Assembly: GCA_041650335.1 (NCBI GenBank)
Contig: JBAZLK010000002.1
Coordinates: 41,818 to 105,817 of the forward strand
Direction: 5' to 3'
DNA length: 64,000 bases
Origin: Patescibacteria group bacterium
GTDB taxonomy: Bacteria > Patescibacteriota > Patescibacteriia > JAHIZJ01
The position numbers were made by a program, and so were the translations under genes. Each line of letters opens with the position of its first letter. Within the stretch, counting starts at the first letter, position 1. Below are positions 43,301 to 51,292 of this stretch, one piece after another. The notes below the pieces were generated by a model. That model had not been told where the DNA came from. It searched no databases and saw nothing but the letters and a program-made list of their open reading frames with translations.

Positions 43301-43462
43301 ATCTGTGTCGTTCTTAATGGGTTGGATTGATACCTGTCTACCTGGTTTCAACGGAACAGTAATTGCATATAACGCGAAGAGTGACGCGCCTAACGCGACA
43401 ATAACAAATGTTTTAAGTACCGTGCTCTGACTAATTTTTGTTTTTTGTTCCACTTGGTACAT
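40394..43462 (-). CDS. large secreted zinc metalloprotease-like protein (metzincin/matrixin-type HExxHxxGxxH)
   Basis: 1022 aa. N-terminal TM/signal. VVLHEIGHALGLDHV motif. Long Trp/Cys-rich C-terminal region. Confidence 0.8.
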   Translation of the reverse strand: MYQVEQKTKISQSTVLKTFVIVALGASLFALYAITVPLKPGRQVSIQPIKNDTDVLTGKMTMSEQQQVAQGQKDFIDLVADTKSIVLGRVTDKRNVIVQLPTPTPQESARTEYDIEVLSPILGDAKQGETITITHTGGTLNNGRTIAINGMPVIKTGDVDVLFLADRGSTSPFADRGKGIYRVGKDNQNQAVVLNNQGKPFEFGSGRIKAIAQPVPLTKFVEQVGRIFNIESSEALDGIAGVDLPTLASIQDSPGVELSCDGKWADSIMEIHTNHSFVDEDTRYSAVQSSADDWSRANASISLTTVREDDLWVDPFMNDDGMGVAPFFLGEGTVLIGNMREFGHCGSDENTWCDDDADCSEYDTSCNITSNIFEDDAIGKTSCELSTSGDILAAVIAINNSIQWSENYGQDFIERIEQGSDVSYMNYKAVVLHEIGHALGLDHVAGNLSVMTVEANPFPKVWGTDEYNLGLLNAQDPPVVNLYSSNWRFYGADTEMTRVDCLQNLTGQCWEQFIPIGESVYYEATTGHNGVSVANFDVGVYIVPYDAWEYPNSWLQVDRFPVQLSKSSTTFTFRRSFTMPDQQGVLLVMVDPDNTIPESNELDNGQRWPRLEELLTDVNGGWLDLQMPEEHGGVWNMLRLAVDSNGPPEQAELKYSETPYQSNDEWFAQATNLSLPPLDGPNFPPGGYFNRYIDGLPNDKVYYVGLRQIRITDWEYQPFGVIDSHACAPQLVSPNGGEAPLRGDPMVIRWERPGRCLGTVTLQYLQQSQGPVYLRTITSGTANDGRYLWHTNQIDNQSDGYSIKLLMNSDTVYDVSDSQFRILPVGLNIRNQSFEWDYGTDFYSGYANDNATFGDRLPDGWEQSAWPGIIDNTVGHWGTKSLKIQKTADSGLHAFVAQDLHIIPGKQYKLSGYVRSSCWDDQCFGTIAAECLDSGHGNIWASCGLNVPLADVTKVSGNTDWEYITYTLNADNPNAHYVRVMCYHTPLQSSTAGTGEIWCDDLKLEEITGNGGKPPEPEGPDG

Positions 43463-43474
43463 TTGATAATTATC

Positions 43475-46210
43475 TTATAACCGTTCCGCTTTCTCTACCC
43501 GGATCACCCCGCCCGGTTCAAGCACGGCCACGTCGCGGCGGGTAAGCCGGCCTTGGAGTAAATAATTCGCCAATGCGTTATCAACTTTATTTTGGATGAC
43601 GCGCCTGAGCGGCCGGGCGCCGAACGCCGGGTCGTATCCTTCCCGGACCAATTCCTGGATTGCCTCCGGCGTGGCCCGGAGCGTAATCCCCTTTTCTATG
43701 AGACGCTTCTGCACTTCAGCCAGGAGTAAAACGGCGACCTGATATAATTCGGCTTCGCTCAGCGGCGTAAATACCATAATTCCGTCGAACCGGTTGAGAA
43801 ACTCAGGCCGGAAATACTTACCCAGTTCTTTATTGACCAGTTCGTCCCGGATCTGGACCGCCGGCGTTTTTTCCCGGACGCGCTGCTGAATCAGCGGCGT
43901 GCCGGCATTCGAGGTCGCGATCAAAATAACATTCGTAAAATCGATGGTCCGGCCGAGCGAATCAGTCAAGCGGCCGTCATCCATGACCTGCAAGAATACG
44001 TTGAGAATATCCGGATGGGCTTTTTCTATTTCATCCAGAAGCAGCAAGGCAAACGGCGTCCGGCGGACCGCTTCCGTCAAATAGCCGCCTTCTTCGCCCT
44101 TAGTCATGCCCGGCGGCGCGCCGATCAAGCGATCGATGCTCTTACTCTCCTGATATTCAGACATATCGATACGGATCATCGATTTTTCCGAACCGAAGTG
44201 CGTCTCGGCTACAGTTTTCGCCAGTTCGGTTTTTCCGACACCGGTCGGACCGAGGAAAAGCAAATTGACGATTGGTCGTTTCGCATCCCGCAGCTCGGCT
44301 CGAGCGCGACGCAGAGCGGCTGCGACCATTTTTACCGCTTCATCCTGTCCGATCAACCGTTGATGCAACCGTTCTTCCAAATGAAGGAGTTTTTCACTTT
44401 CCCGTTCTGAAACCTGGGTCACCGGCACTTTAACGAGCGCGGATACGACCTGGGCAACATCCTCGGCCACCACAATCTTCTTTTTTCCGCGCGTCCGACG
44501 GACATAGGAAGCTACCTCTTCTAACAACTGGATTGCCTTTTCAGGAAAGAAACGTTCATGGATATACCGCTTGGCGTGTTTGACAATGGCCGCGATTGCT
44601 TTGTAAGAAAAATATACTTTTTGCTGAGACTCAACGGCGCCGACGCGAGCCTCGAGCACGTGGATCGTCTGAGTTTCATCCATCTCTTCAACCGGTATTT
44701 TAAACAGCGTTCCGCCGAGCGCTGAGTTCTCGACATAGCGCCGGTATTCGATCATATTTGAGGTCGCGATGACGATAAACGCCTTTTTCCGCAAATACTC
44801 ATCAAATACTTCTGAGAGGTCGAGGCCCTCCCCTCGCTCGGAGGTAATGCCGACCATGTTGTGGATGTCGAAAATGCAGAGAATAATATTCCCTGCCTTG
44901 ACGACCTCGGCGAAAATCCGCATCAGCCGTTCTTCAAGCTCGCCCGGCTTTGTAGCGCCGGCGACCAGAGCGGCCAGACTGATGCTGACTAAACGTTTAT
45001 CCTGAAAAATCGGCGGCACGTCTTCGGTGACCATGCGCTGCGCCAATCCTTTAATGATTGTTTTGCGGCCGACGCCCGGCTGACCGACCAGGACCACCCC
45101 GTTGTTTCCGGCTTCAACGGTTCGAAAAACGGATTCGATTTCTTGATCCCGGCCGACGCAGTATTCCAGGTAGCCGGCCCGGGCCAACTGCGTCAGGTCT
45201 TGGCTGAAGCGGTCCAAATACGGCGTCATGACCGCGGTCATGGCCCGGTTCATTTCGTTCTTTGGTTTGAAACGAGCGCGGGAACGGTATCGCCGGTAAT
45301 ACCGGCCGAGGGTATTCTGAAGCGTCAGCCAGGTCGCGACATTGCGGAGGTCGTCCATTTCAACGCCAACGTCGTAGAGTATTTCCTGAGCCTGCTGGCC
45401 GGTTTTTGACAAGGCAATGAACAGGTCGGTTATTTCAACCTGTTCAGCCCGGCGGCGGTAGGCTTCTTCATAGGCAGCCAAGAGTAATTGCTGAAACTCA
45501 GTTGACAACGGAGGATTTAGTTTCAGCGGCCGGCCCTTCGAAGCCAGGCCACGCTTTACCTTCTCAGCGATGATTGCCGGATTGACGCCGAGCCGAGCAA
45601 ATAACATTTGGATGGCTTCCTCGCGCAAACTCATCGCGAGAAGGTGGAGCGGTTCAACCAAGGGGTGATTACACGAGCTGGCGAAATAGACGGCGCTCTG
45701 GACCAGCTGAGCCGAGTCAGGATGAAATGTCTCGGCGATATTAACCCAATCCTTTTTTGGGATGGCTAAAATTCTACTCTCATCCATTTCAATAAACTCG
45801 GCCGAGACAAGCGGTTGGTGTTCTATCTTTGTTCGGCGCTGCCGCTCCCAGGAAAAGCTGAAGACCAAATACGCGATCATGACAACCGCGATCCAAAATC
45901 CGAGAAATTCGGGTTCACTGGCCGTTGCTAAGTCTTGCCAACGTATTCCCGCCTGCCAGAGATCGCGCAGTCGGAGCGCGCCCATGCCGACGCCAAGGGC
46001 GGCGAAGATTATCAAGAGTATTCGAAATACGTTCCGCCCGATCCGCGTGACATCGCGCACCAAGTTGTTTAATTCGTCAACCGCTCGGCCCCAGTAGACA
46101 ACCCGGCCGTTAAACCAACCGATTATTTTTTCGCTTTGAGAGTTTTTTCGAGACTCGCCCGGCCAAGCGATATACCTTAGCGGCGGGAAAGCCGGTGATC
46201 GATCGATCAT
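43475..46210 (-). CDS. membrane-anchored ClpA/B/C-family AAA+ ATPase with degenerate D1 module
   Basis: 911 aa. Two N-terminal TM helices. Clp_N repeats. D1 Walker A reads GQPGVGRKT (one extra residue) with Walker B ILCIFDIHN. D2 has canonical GPTGVGKTELAK and LLLLDEIEKAH. Confidence 0.85.
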   Translation of the reverse strand: MIDRSPAFPPLRYIAWPGESRKNSQSEKIIGWFNGRVVYWGRAVDELNNLVRDVTRIGRNVFRILLIIFAALGVGMGALRLRDLWQAGIRWQDLATASEPEFLGFWIAVVMIAYLVFSFSWERQRRTKIEHQPLVSAEFIEMDESRILAIPKKDWVNIAETFHPDSAQLVQSAVYFASSCNHPLVEPLHLLAMSLREEAIQMLFARLGVNPAIIAEKVKRGLASKGRPLKLNPPLSTEFQQLLLAAYEEAYRRRAEQVEITDLFIALSKTGQQAQEILYDVGVEMDDLRNVATWLTLQNTLGRYYRRYRSRARFKPKNEMNRAMTAVMTPYLDRFSQDLTQLARAGYLEYCVGRDQEIESVFRTVEAGNNGVVLVGQPGVGRKTIIKGLAQRMVTEDVPPIFQDKRLVSISLAALVAGATKPGELEERLMRIFAEVVKAGNIILCIFDIHNMVGITSERGEGLDLSEVFDEYLRKKAFIVIATSNMIEYRRYVENSALGGTLFKIPVEEMDETQTIHVLEARVGAVESQQKVYFSYKAIAAIVKHAKRYIHERFFPEKAIQLLEEVASYVRRTRGKKKIVVAEDVAQVVSALVKVPVTQVSERESEKLLHLEERLHQRLIGQDEAVKMVAAALRRARAELRDAKRPIVNLLFLGPTGVGKTELAKTVAETHFGSEKSMIRIDMSEYQESKSIDRLIGAPPGMTKGEEGGYLTEAVRRTPFALLLLDEIEKAHPDILNVFLQVMDDGRLTDSLGRTIDFTNVILIATSNAGTPLIQQRVREKTPAVQIRDELVNKELGKYFRPEFLNRFDGIMVFTPLSEAELYQVAVLLLAEVQKRLIEKGITLRATPEAIQELVREGYDPAFGARPLRRVIQNKVDNALANYLLQGRLTRRDVAVLEPGGVIRVEKAERL

Positions 46211-46572
46211 ACGCCGCTGAGATTAACGATAATGAAATATATTGCTATGGGCAACCAGCCGAGCCACAGAATCATCAGGAGAAAAAAGAAGGCAAACGAC
46301 ACGGCCATAATCACCATTGATACGCCGAGTTGCAGCACACGGAAGACAAAGCTGATCATCCGGCCGCTCTTCGTATAATCGGCATACATGGGCTGGAAAA
46401 GGTATTTCAAGAGTATGCCCAGACCGAGCGCGTGTTCAACGCCGGCCATTTTTCTCAATACAAAAGCCGCTGTTTGCTTGGTGCCTTTTGTGTACCACCA
46501 GATCGGGAAGTACAAAAAACTCCAAACAACATCAACGGCGAAGAATTTCAGCGTGGTTAAGAGAAAACTCAT
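46207..46572 (-). CDS. membrane protein (hypothetical)
   Basis: 121 aa; three TM helices; start overlaps the clpC-like stop. Confidence 0.55.
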   Translation of the reverse strand: MSFLLTTLKFFAVDVVWSFLYFPIWWYTKGTKQTAAFVLRKMAGVEHALGLGILLKYLFQPMYADYTKSGRMISFVFRVLQLGVSMVIMAVSFAFFFLLMILWLGWLPIAIYFIIVNLSGV

Positions 46573-46623
46573 ATTTTTGTTTTATAATGTAATTATATCA
46601 CATTTTTTCATTTTTGGCAAATT

Positions 46624-46650
46624 CCATACCCCGGAAAAAAGCCCACTGTC
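46624..46650 (-). terminator. rho-independent terminator
   Basis: CCCACTG-tcgga-CAGTGGG stem followed on the minus strand by CTTTTTTCC. Confidence 0.6.
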
Positions 46651-46694
46651 GGACAGTGGGTGCGTCTGGCAGCACGTGCTCATGTTCGGGTGAA

Positions 46695-46931
46695 TTACCC
46701 GTGACACGCGGCTTCATGCCGACACGTGTTGTGGTAGCTGATACCGAGCCCGACGAACGTGGCTCCCAGCCACCACAACCAAAGCTTCCAGGTAAAGCCA
46801 AAGATCGTTGAAACGTAATGGGCGTCAGTGATGCCGAGTAGCGCGCCCAGTCCGGTGATGGCCGAGAGACACATACCGAGCATCAGGACTCCGAGTGCCA
46901 TGAACCACAGCACACATACCACCATGCTCAT
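46695..46931 (-). CDS. 78-aa hydrophobic small membrane protein ending in a CRHEAACHG motif (island gene)
   Basis: SD GAAGGGGG 4 nt before the ATG. Own terminator. G+C-rich patch between tgt and the upstream membrane protein. The track ORF extends to 46988. Confidence 0.5.
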   Translation of the reverse strand: MSMVVCVLWFMALGVLMLGMCLSAITGLGALLGITDAHYVSTIFGFTWKLWLWWLGATFVGLGISYHNTCRHEAACHG

Positions 46932-47024
46932 AGGGCCCCCTTCTATATCTGCCACCGTTGATGTGAACTGCACCTTCAAACATCGCAACAGTACCAGGGA
47001 CAGACCGGCGTGTCAATATTTGAG

Positions 47025-48155
<1,131 letters not shown>

Positions 48156-48227
48156 TTATTTATCAAAACAAACCATCCAAATTTTTCATTTTTTTCCGTA
48201 GGAGGAGAGTCATTACTTTTGTATTCT

Positions 48228-50174
48228 CTAATTGCCTTGCCCGATCACTTTTCCTTTTCCGCGCCCGACCGGGTCGTTTGTCAGACTCGTACTCTCGCCA
48301 TCCTGACTGAGCGAGAGTGAGGCTTTGGTAAATGCATCCGTGGCCGCAAACGTGGTTTTATCGATAAGCAGGGCATAATCATTTAATTGATTCCGTGTCG
48401 GCGTCAGACTGACGCTGAATTCAGCCGTCACCGGTGGTGTCTCATGACCGATATAGGCCGGGAGCCTATTTATCCGCCAGGTAACTGACCGCGTTTTGGC
48501 GTCAAAAACTAGCGGTTCGCCGGCTGAGACGCTCCCCTGTCCAACCCAAGCGACCGTACCGGGTAATGTTGTTTTCACAACGACCGTAGAAATATCGTTT
48601 GACGTGTTCTTCAACGACCAAAATATCTTGAAGGTTGTGCTCTGACCGACAACCGGCGGAAACGGCCCGAGGCCGATAACTTCGCCGGCGTCATTATAAT
48701 ACCGTGCCACGACCGAAAGTGTCGGCTGGCTATTTATGACGGCGCTGACCGGGGCGCTTTGGGCTGAGAGCGGCAGGTTCGCTTCCGGTTGGTCGCCAGT
48801 CCGCTGACCGGTGAAATCAACCTGGGCGCGGATTTCAAAATTCTTCTGGTTGACCAGCGTGGTCGGTGGCTCGTGATCAAGACTCACCTCAAAAGCTAAA
48901 CGCACCTTATCTCCCGGTTTTAAGGCTTCAAGTTCCGGAACCGCCTCTTTGTTCCATTGGATTACCAGTCCATCGCGGCTGGCTTTGCTTGAATTGACGA
49001 ATGTTGACCAGTCAATAAACTCTTCCGTGCTGGCCTGCCCGTTGACGAGATATGTGAGCGTCAGCTTCGCCACTCCCTGATCGATTTTTACATCACCGGC
49101 GTTATTCAGTTCAACGGAATATGAAAGCGTATCGCCCCAGTCAACTGCTTGCGTCTGCGTGTCACCGTTTACGCTGGTTGTTACCTGGAGCTGCGGCGCA
49201 ATGAGTAAAATGAGGAACGACTGCTCCGCCTGGACATTCTCTGAGCCGTCACTCTGAACCAAGCCGAATTTAAAATCAAGCTGTTTCTGCGTGCCGGCCT
49301 CACCAGTGAAGGTTCCGGCAAGGCTGATGGTTTTCGTTGAACCGGCCGTGAGCGTCCCGACTTGCCAGGTGCCAGTGAGCTCAAGCTCGGGGTTTGACGA
49401 GCCAAGAGTAAAGCCCTCGGGCCAGCGCGGTGTTATTTTCAGGTTGGTCATGTCGCGCGTTGAGGTGTTTTGGTAGGACAACTCGTAGCCGACCTCTTGC
49501 CCCGCGATAACTTCGCGCGAGCCCTTGAATTCGACTTCGAGACTGGTTGATGTGACCACAACCTCCCAGTCAATTGTTTTCTGGAATTCTGAATTGAAGT
49601 TCGCGGGTCGATAGGATACGGTAGCCGAAAATTTCCGGCTCGTGCCAACTTCACCGACGAGCGTGCCGGAGATTTCGAGGGTTTTTTCATCACCTGGTAA
49701 AAGATCGGGTACCGGCCATTGATTATGGTACTCGGCCGACGTACCGACATTCGAGCTCGTGTAGGTAAATCCGTCGGGATATGTTACGTCAACAACTGAT
49801 TCGGTCAAGGCCACCGCGCCCTGGTTGCGATAGCGCAGTTTCAAGGTAAAGGCATCGCCCGAAACCGCCTGCGTTGCGCCGGTGTAGGAAAAACCGACCT
49901 TCTCTTCTTTAAAAGTATTCTTGCGATTGAATATAAAAAAGCCAACCACCGCCGCACACAGCGCTAAGATTAAAAAAACGATGACGCCGGTTATGATGAT
50001 CTTCCGCCAGTTCCGCGTCTTTCGTTCGAGCTTGGTCAGATCGGGCTTCGAACCGTCTTCCTCAATGAAGATGTCTTTCATCAGCCCCTTGGTCTGACCG
50101 TCAATATGTTTCGTAAACTGAAATTCGTTTTCTGACTCGGGCTCTCTTGATTCTTTCTTTTTTCCCTTGGCCAT
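48228..50174 (-). CDS. membrane-anchored surface protein with repeated DUF11/CARDB-like beta domains (hypothetical)
   Basis: Start taken at MAKGKKK; the upstream part of the track ORF is W/C-rich junk overlapping a terminator. One TM helix then roughly 90-aa T/S/V-rich repeat modules. Confidence 0.7.
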   Translation of the reverse strand: MAKGKKKESREPESENEFQFTKHIDGQTKGLMKDIFIEEDGSKPDLTKLERKTRNWRKIIITGVIVFLILALCAAVVGFFIFNRKNTFKEEKVGFSYTGATQAVSGDAFTLKLRYRNQGAVALTESVVDVTYPDGFTYTSSNVGTSAEYHNQWPVPDLLPGDEKTLEISGTLVGEVGTSRKFSATVSYRPANFNSEFQKTIDWEVVVTSTSLEVEFKGSREVIAGQEVGYELSYQNTSTRDMTNLKITPRWPEGFTLGSSNPELELTGTWQVGTLTAGSTKTISLAGTFTGEAGTQKQLDFKFGLVQSDGSENVQAEQSFLILLIAPQLQVTTSVNGDTQTQAVDWGDTLSYSVELNNAGDVKIDQGVAKLTLTYLVNGQASTEEFIDWSTFVNSSKASRDGLVIQWNKEAVPELEALKPGDKVRLAFEVSLDHEPPTTLVNQKNFEIRAQVDFTGQRTGDQPEANLPLSAQSAPVSAVINSQPTLSVVARYYNDAGEVIGLGPFPPVVGQSTTFKIFWSLKNTSNDISTVVVKTTLPGTVAWVGQGSVSAGEPLVFDAKTRSVTWRINRLPAYIGHETPPVTAEFSVSLTPTRNQLNDYALLIDKTTFAATDAFTKASLSLSQDGESTSLTNDPVGRGKGKVIGQGN

Positions 50175-50184
50175 AGTAAAGAGA

Positions 50185-50213
50185 ATAATAACATTTTTGC
50201 CGAATTTTGGCAA
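50185..50213 (-). promoter_or_regulatory. sigma70-like promoter giving a near-leaderless mRNA for the surface protein
   Basis: Minus-strand TTGCCA-17 nt-TATTAT. The -10 ends 10 nt before the ATG. Confidence 0.45.
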
Positions 50214-50215
50214 AT

Positions 50216-50243
50216 GAAAAAGGGGTCGCTCGTGAGCTCCCCC
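50216..50243 (-). terminator. rho-independent terminator
   Basis: Minus strand GGGGGAGCTCACGAGCGACCCC then TTTTTCATTT (nested GGGG/CCCC and GCTC/GAGC stems). Confidence 0.6.
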
Positions 50244-50494
50244 GCCAGACAGCCGCCGTTCACGGCCAGACGGAAATGAGCAGCGTGGCCACAATGACCA
50301 GCAGAAAACAGAGACCAAACACTCGAAGGGCCCGACGCTGACCAGCCGTATCCGGACGGCAACCGGTCAGAAGATCGGGTACCGGCCGATCATACACGGG
50401 TATGAATCTCTGCATACGCCCCCCCCTGGACATGCTGGCGTTTGACGATTGCGGAACACGGTCACAAGTGTACTCTTTTTTTGGCGCCCGTCAA
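50244..50494 (-). ncRNA. candidate structured non-coding RNA or long structured 3' UTR downstream of recO
   Basis: About 250 nt, G+C-rich, no plausible ORF. Several strong nested inverted repeats, e.g. CTGACC-AGCCGT-atccgg-ACGGCA-ACCGGTCAG. Ends at the intrinsic terminator. Confidence 0.2.
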
Positions 50495-51292
50495 CTAGAC
50501 GGTCGGCTTTCTCCGGAGCAACCAGGTCACGAATCGTTGTGACTGCGGGGTGTATTCCGTATGGTAGGTAACGAATTTATCAATAAATGATTTCACCTCG
50601 GCGAGCTGGTCAACACTAACGCGCAATTTTCCGATCGAGGCGTAGGTCTGGCGCAGAACGTACCGGAGCGTCCGGATGGCCGCGCCGGAGATGGCGAGGT
50701 GCGAGCCAGACCGCGCCGACGCAGCTTGGCAGCGCTGACAGACGATTCCGCCGAGCGAAAAATAGTACGTGTTTCCGTCCGGCTGAAGCCGTCGCTGGCA
50801 GATTACGCACCGATGTAAACTGGGTTGGTAGCCGATCCGGCTCATCAGTTTTATGACAAAAGCGACGAGGAATAGAAACCCGTGATAATAATCGCGCTTT
50901 TTCGTCACTGCCAGACGCTCAAACTGCTGCCAGGTAGAATAGGTCAAGTTAAAAATCATCGGATCGGCTTGCCGAACTTGGATAACGTGCTCCAAAAGCT
51001 CGGCCGTATAATCCGCCCAGGCCTTCCGGACCAGCGACTGCGACAGCGCATTGAAACGGTGGCGCACGGTACTGGCAGCAACCGTATCGTAACTCTTCCC
51101 TTGCGCGATCAGTAATTGCGTATGCAAAAACGGCTCGAGATGAGCCGCCAGTTTACTTCTCATTTTCGCAGCGCCGCGGGCAATGAGCTCAAGCTTGCCG
51201 CGGTCAGGCGTCAGGACGACAATCAAACGGTCAGCCTCACGAAAAGGTTTCCGACGTATGATTAACGCCTCGGTCCGGTAAGTAAAAGACAT
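50495..51292 (-). CDS. recO: DNA repair protein RecO
   Basis: 265 aa; N-terminal OB fold and C-terminal zinc finger CVICQ...CQRCQ. Confidence 0.88.
   Translation of the reverse strand: MSFTYRTEALIIRRKPFREADRLIVVLTPDRGKLELIARGAAKMRSKLAAHLEPFLHTQLLIAQGKSYDTVAASTVRHRFNALSQSLVRKAWADYTAELLEHVIQVRQADPMIFNLTYSTWQQFERLAVTKKRDYYHGFLFLVAFVIKLMSRIGYQPSLHRCVICQRRLQPDGNTYYFSLGGIVCQRCQAASARSGSHLAISGAAIRTLRYVLRQTYASIGKLRVSVDQLAEVKSFIDKFVTYHTEYTPQSQRFVTWLLRRKPTV

Noticed and set aside
48228-50318. Upstream 48 codons of the track ORF for the DUF11 surface protein
   Set aside because: The extension (MVSVFCWSLWPRCSF...) overlaps the terminator and promoter and is compositionally aberrant. The real start is taken at MAKGKKK (50174), directly after the promoter.
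50081-50362. 93-aa minus-strand ORF across the recO-surface-protein intergenic region
   Set aside because: It spans an intrinsic terminator and a promoter. Its composition is W/C/G/H-rich junk. The region is more likely non-coding structured RNA.
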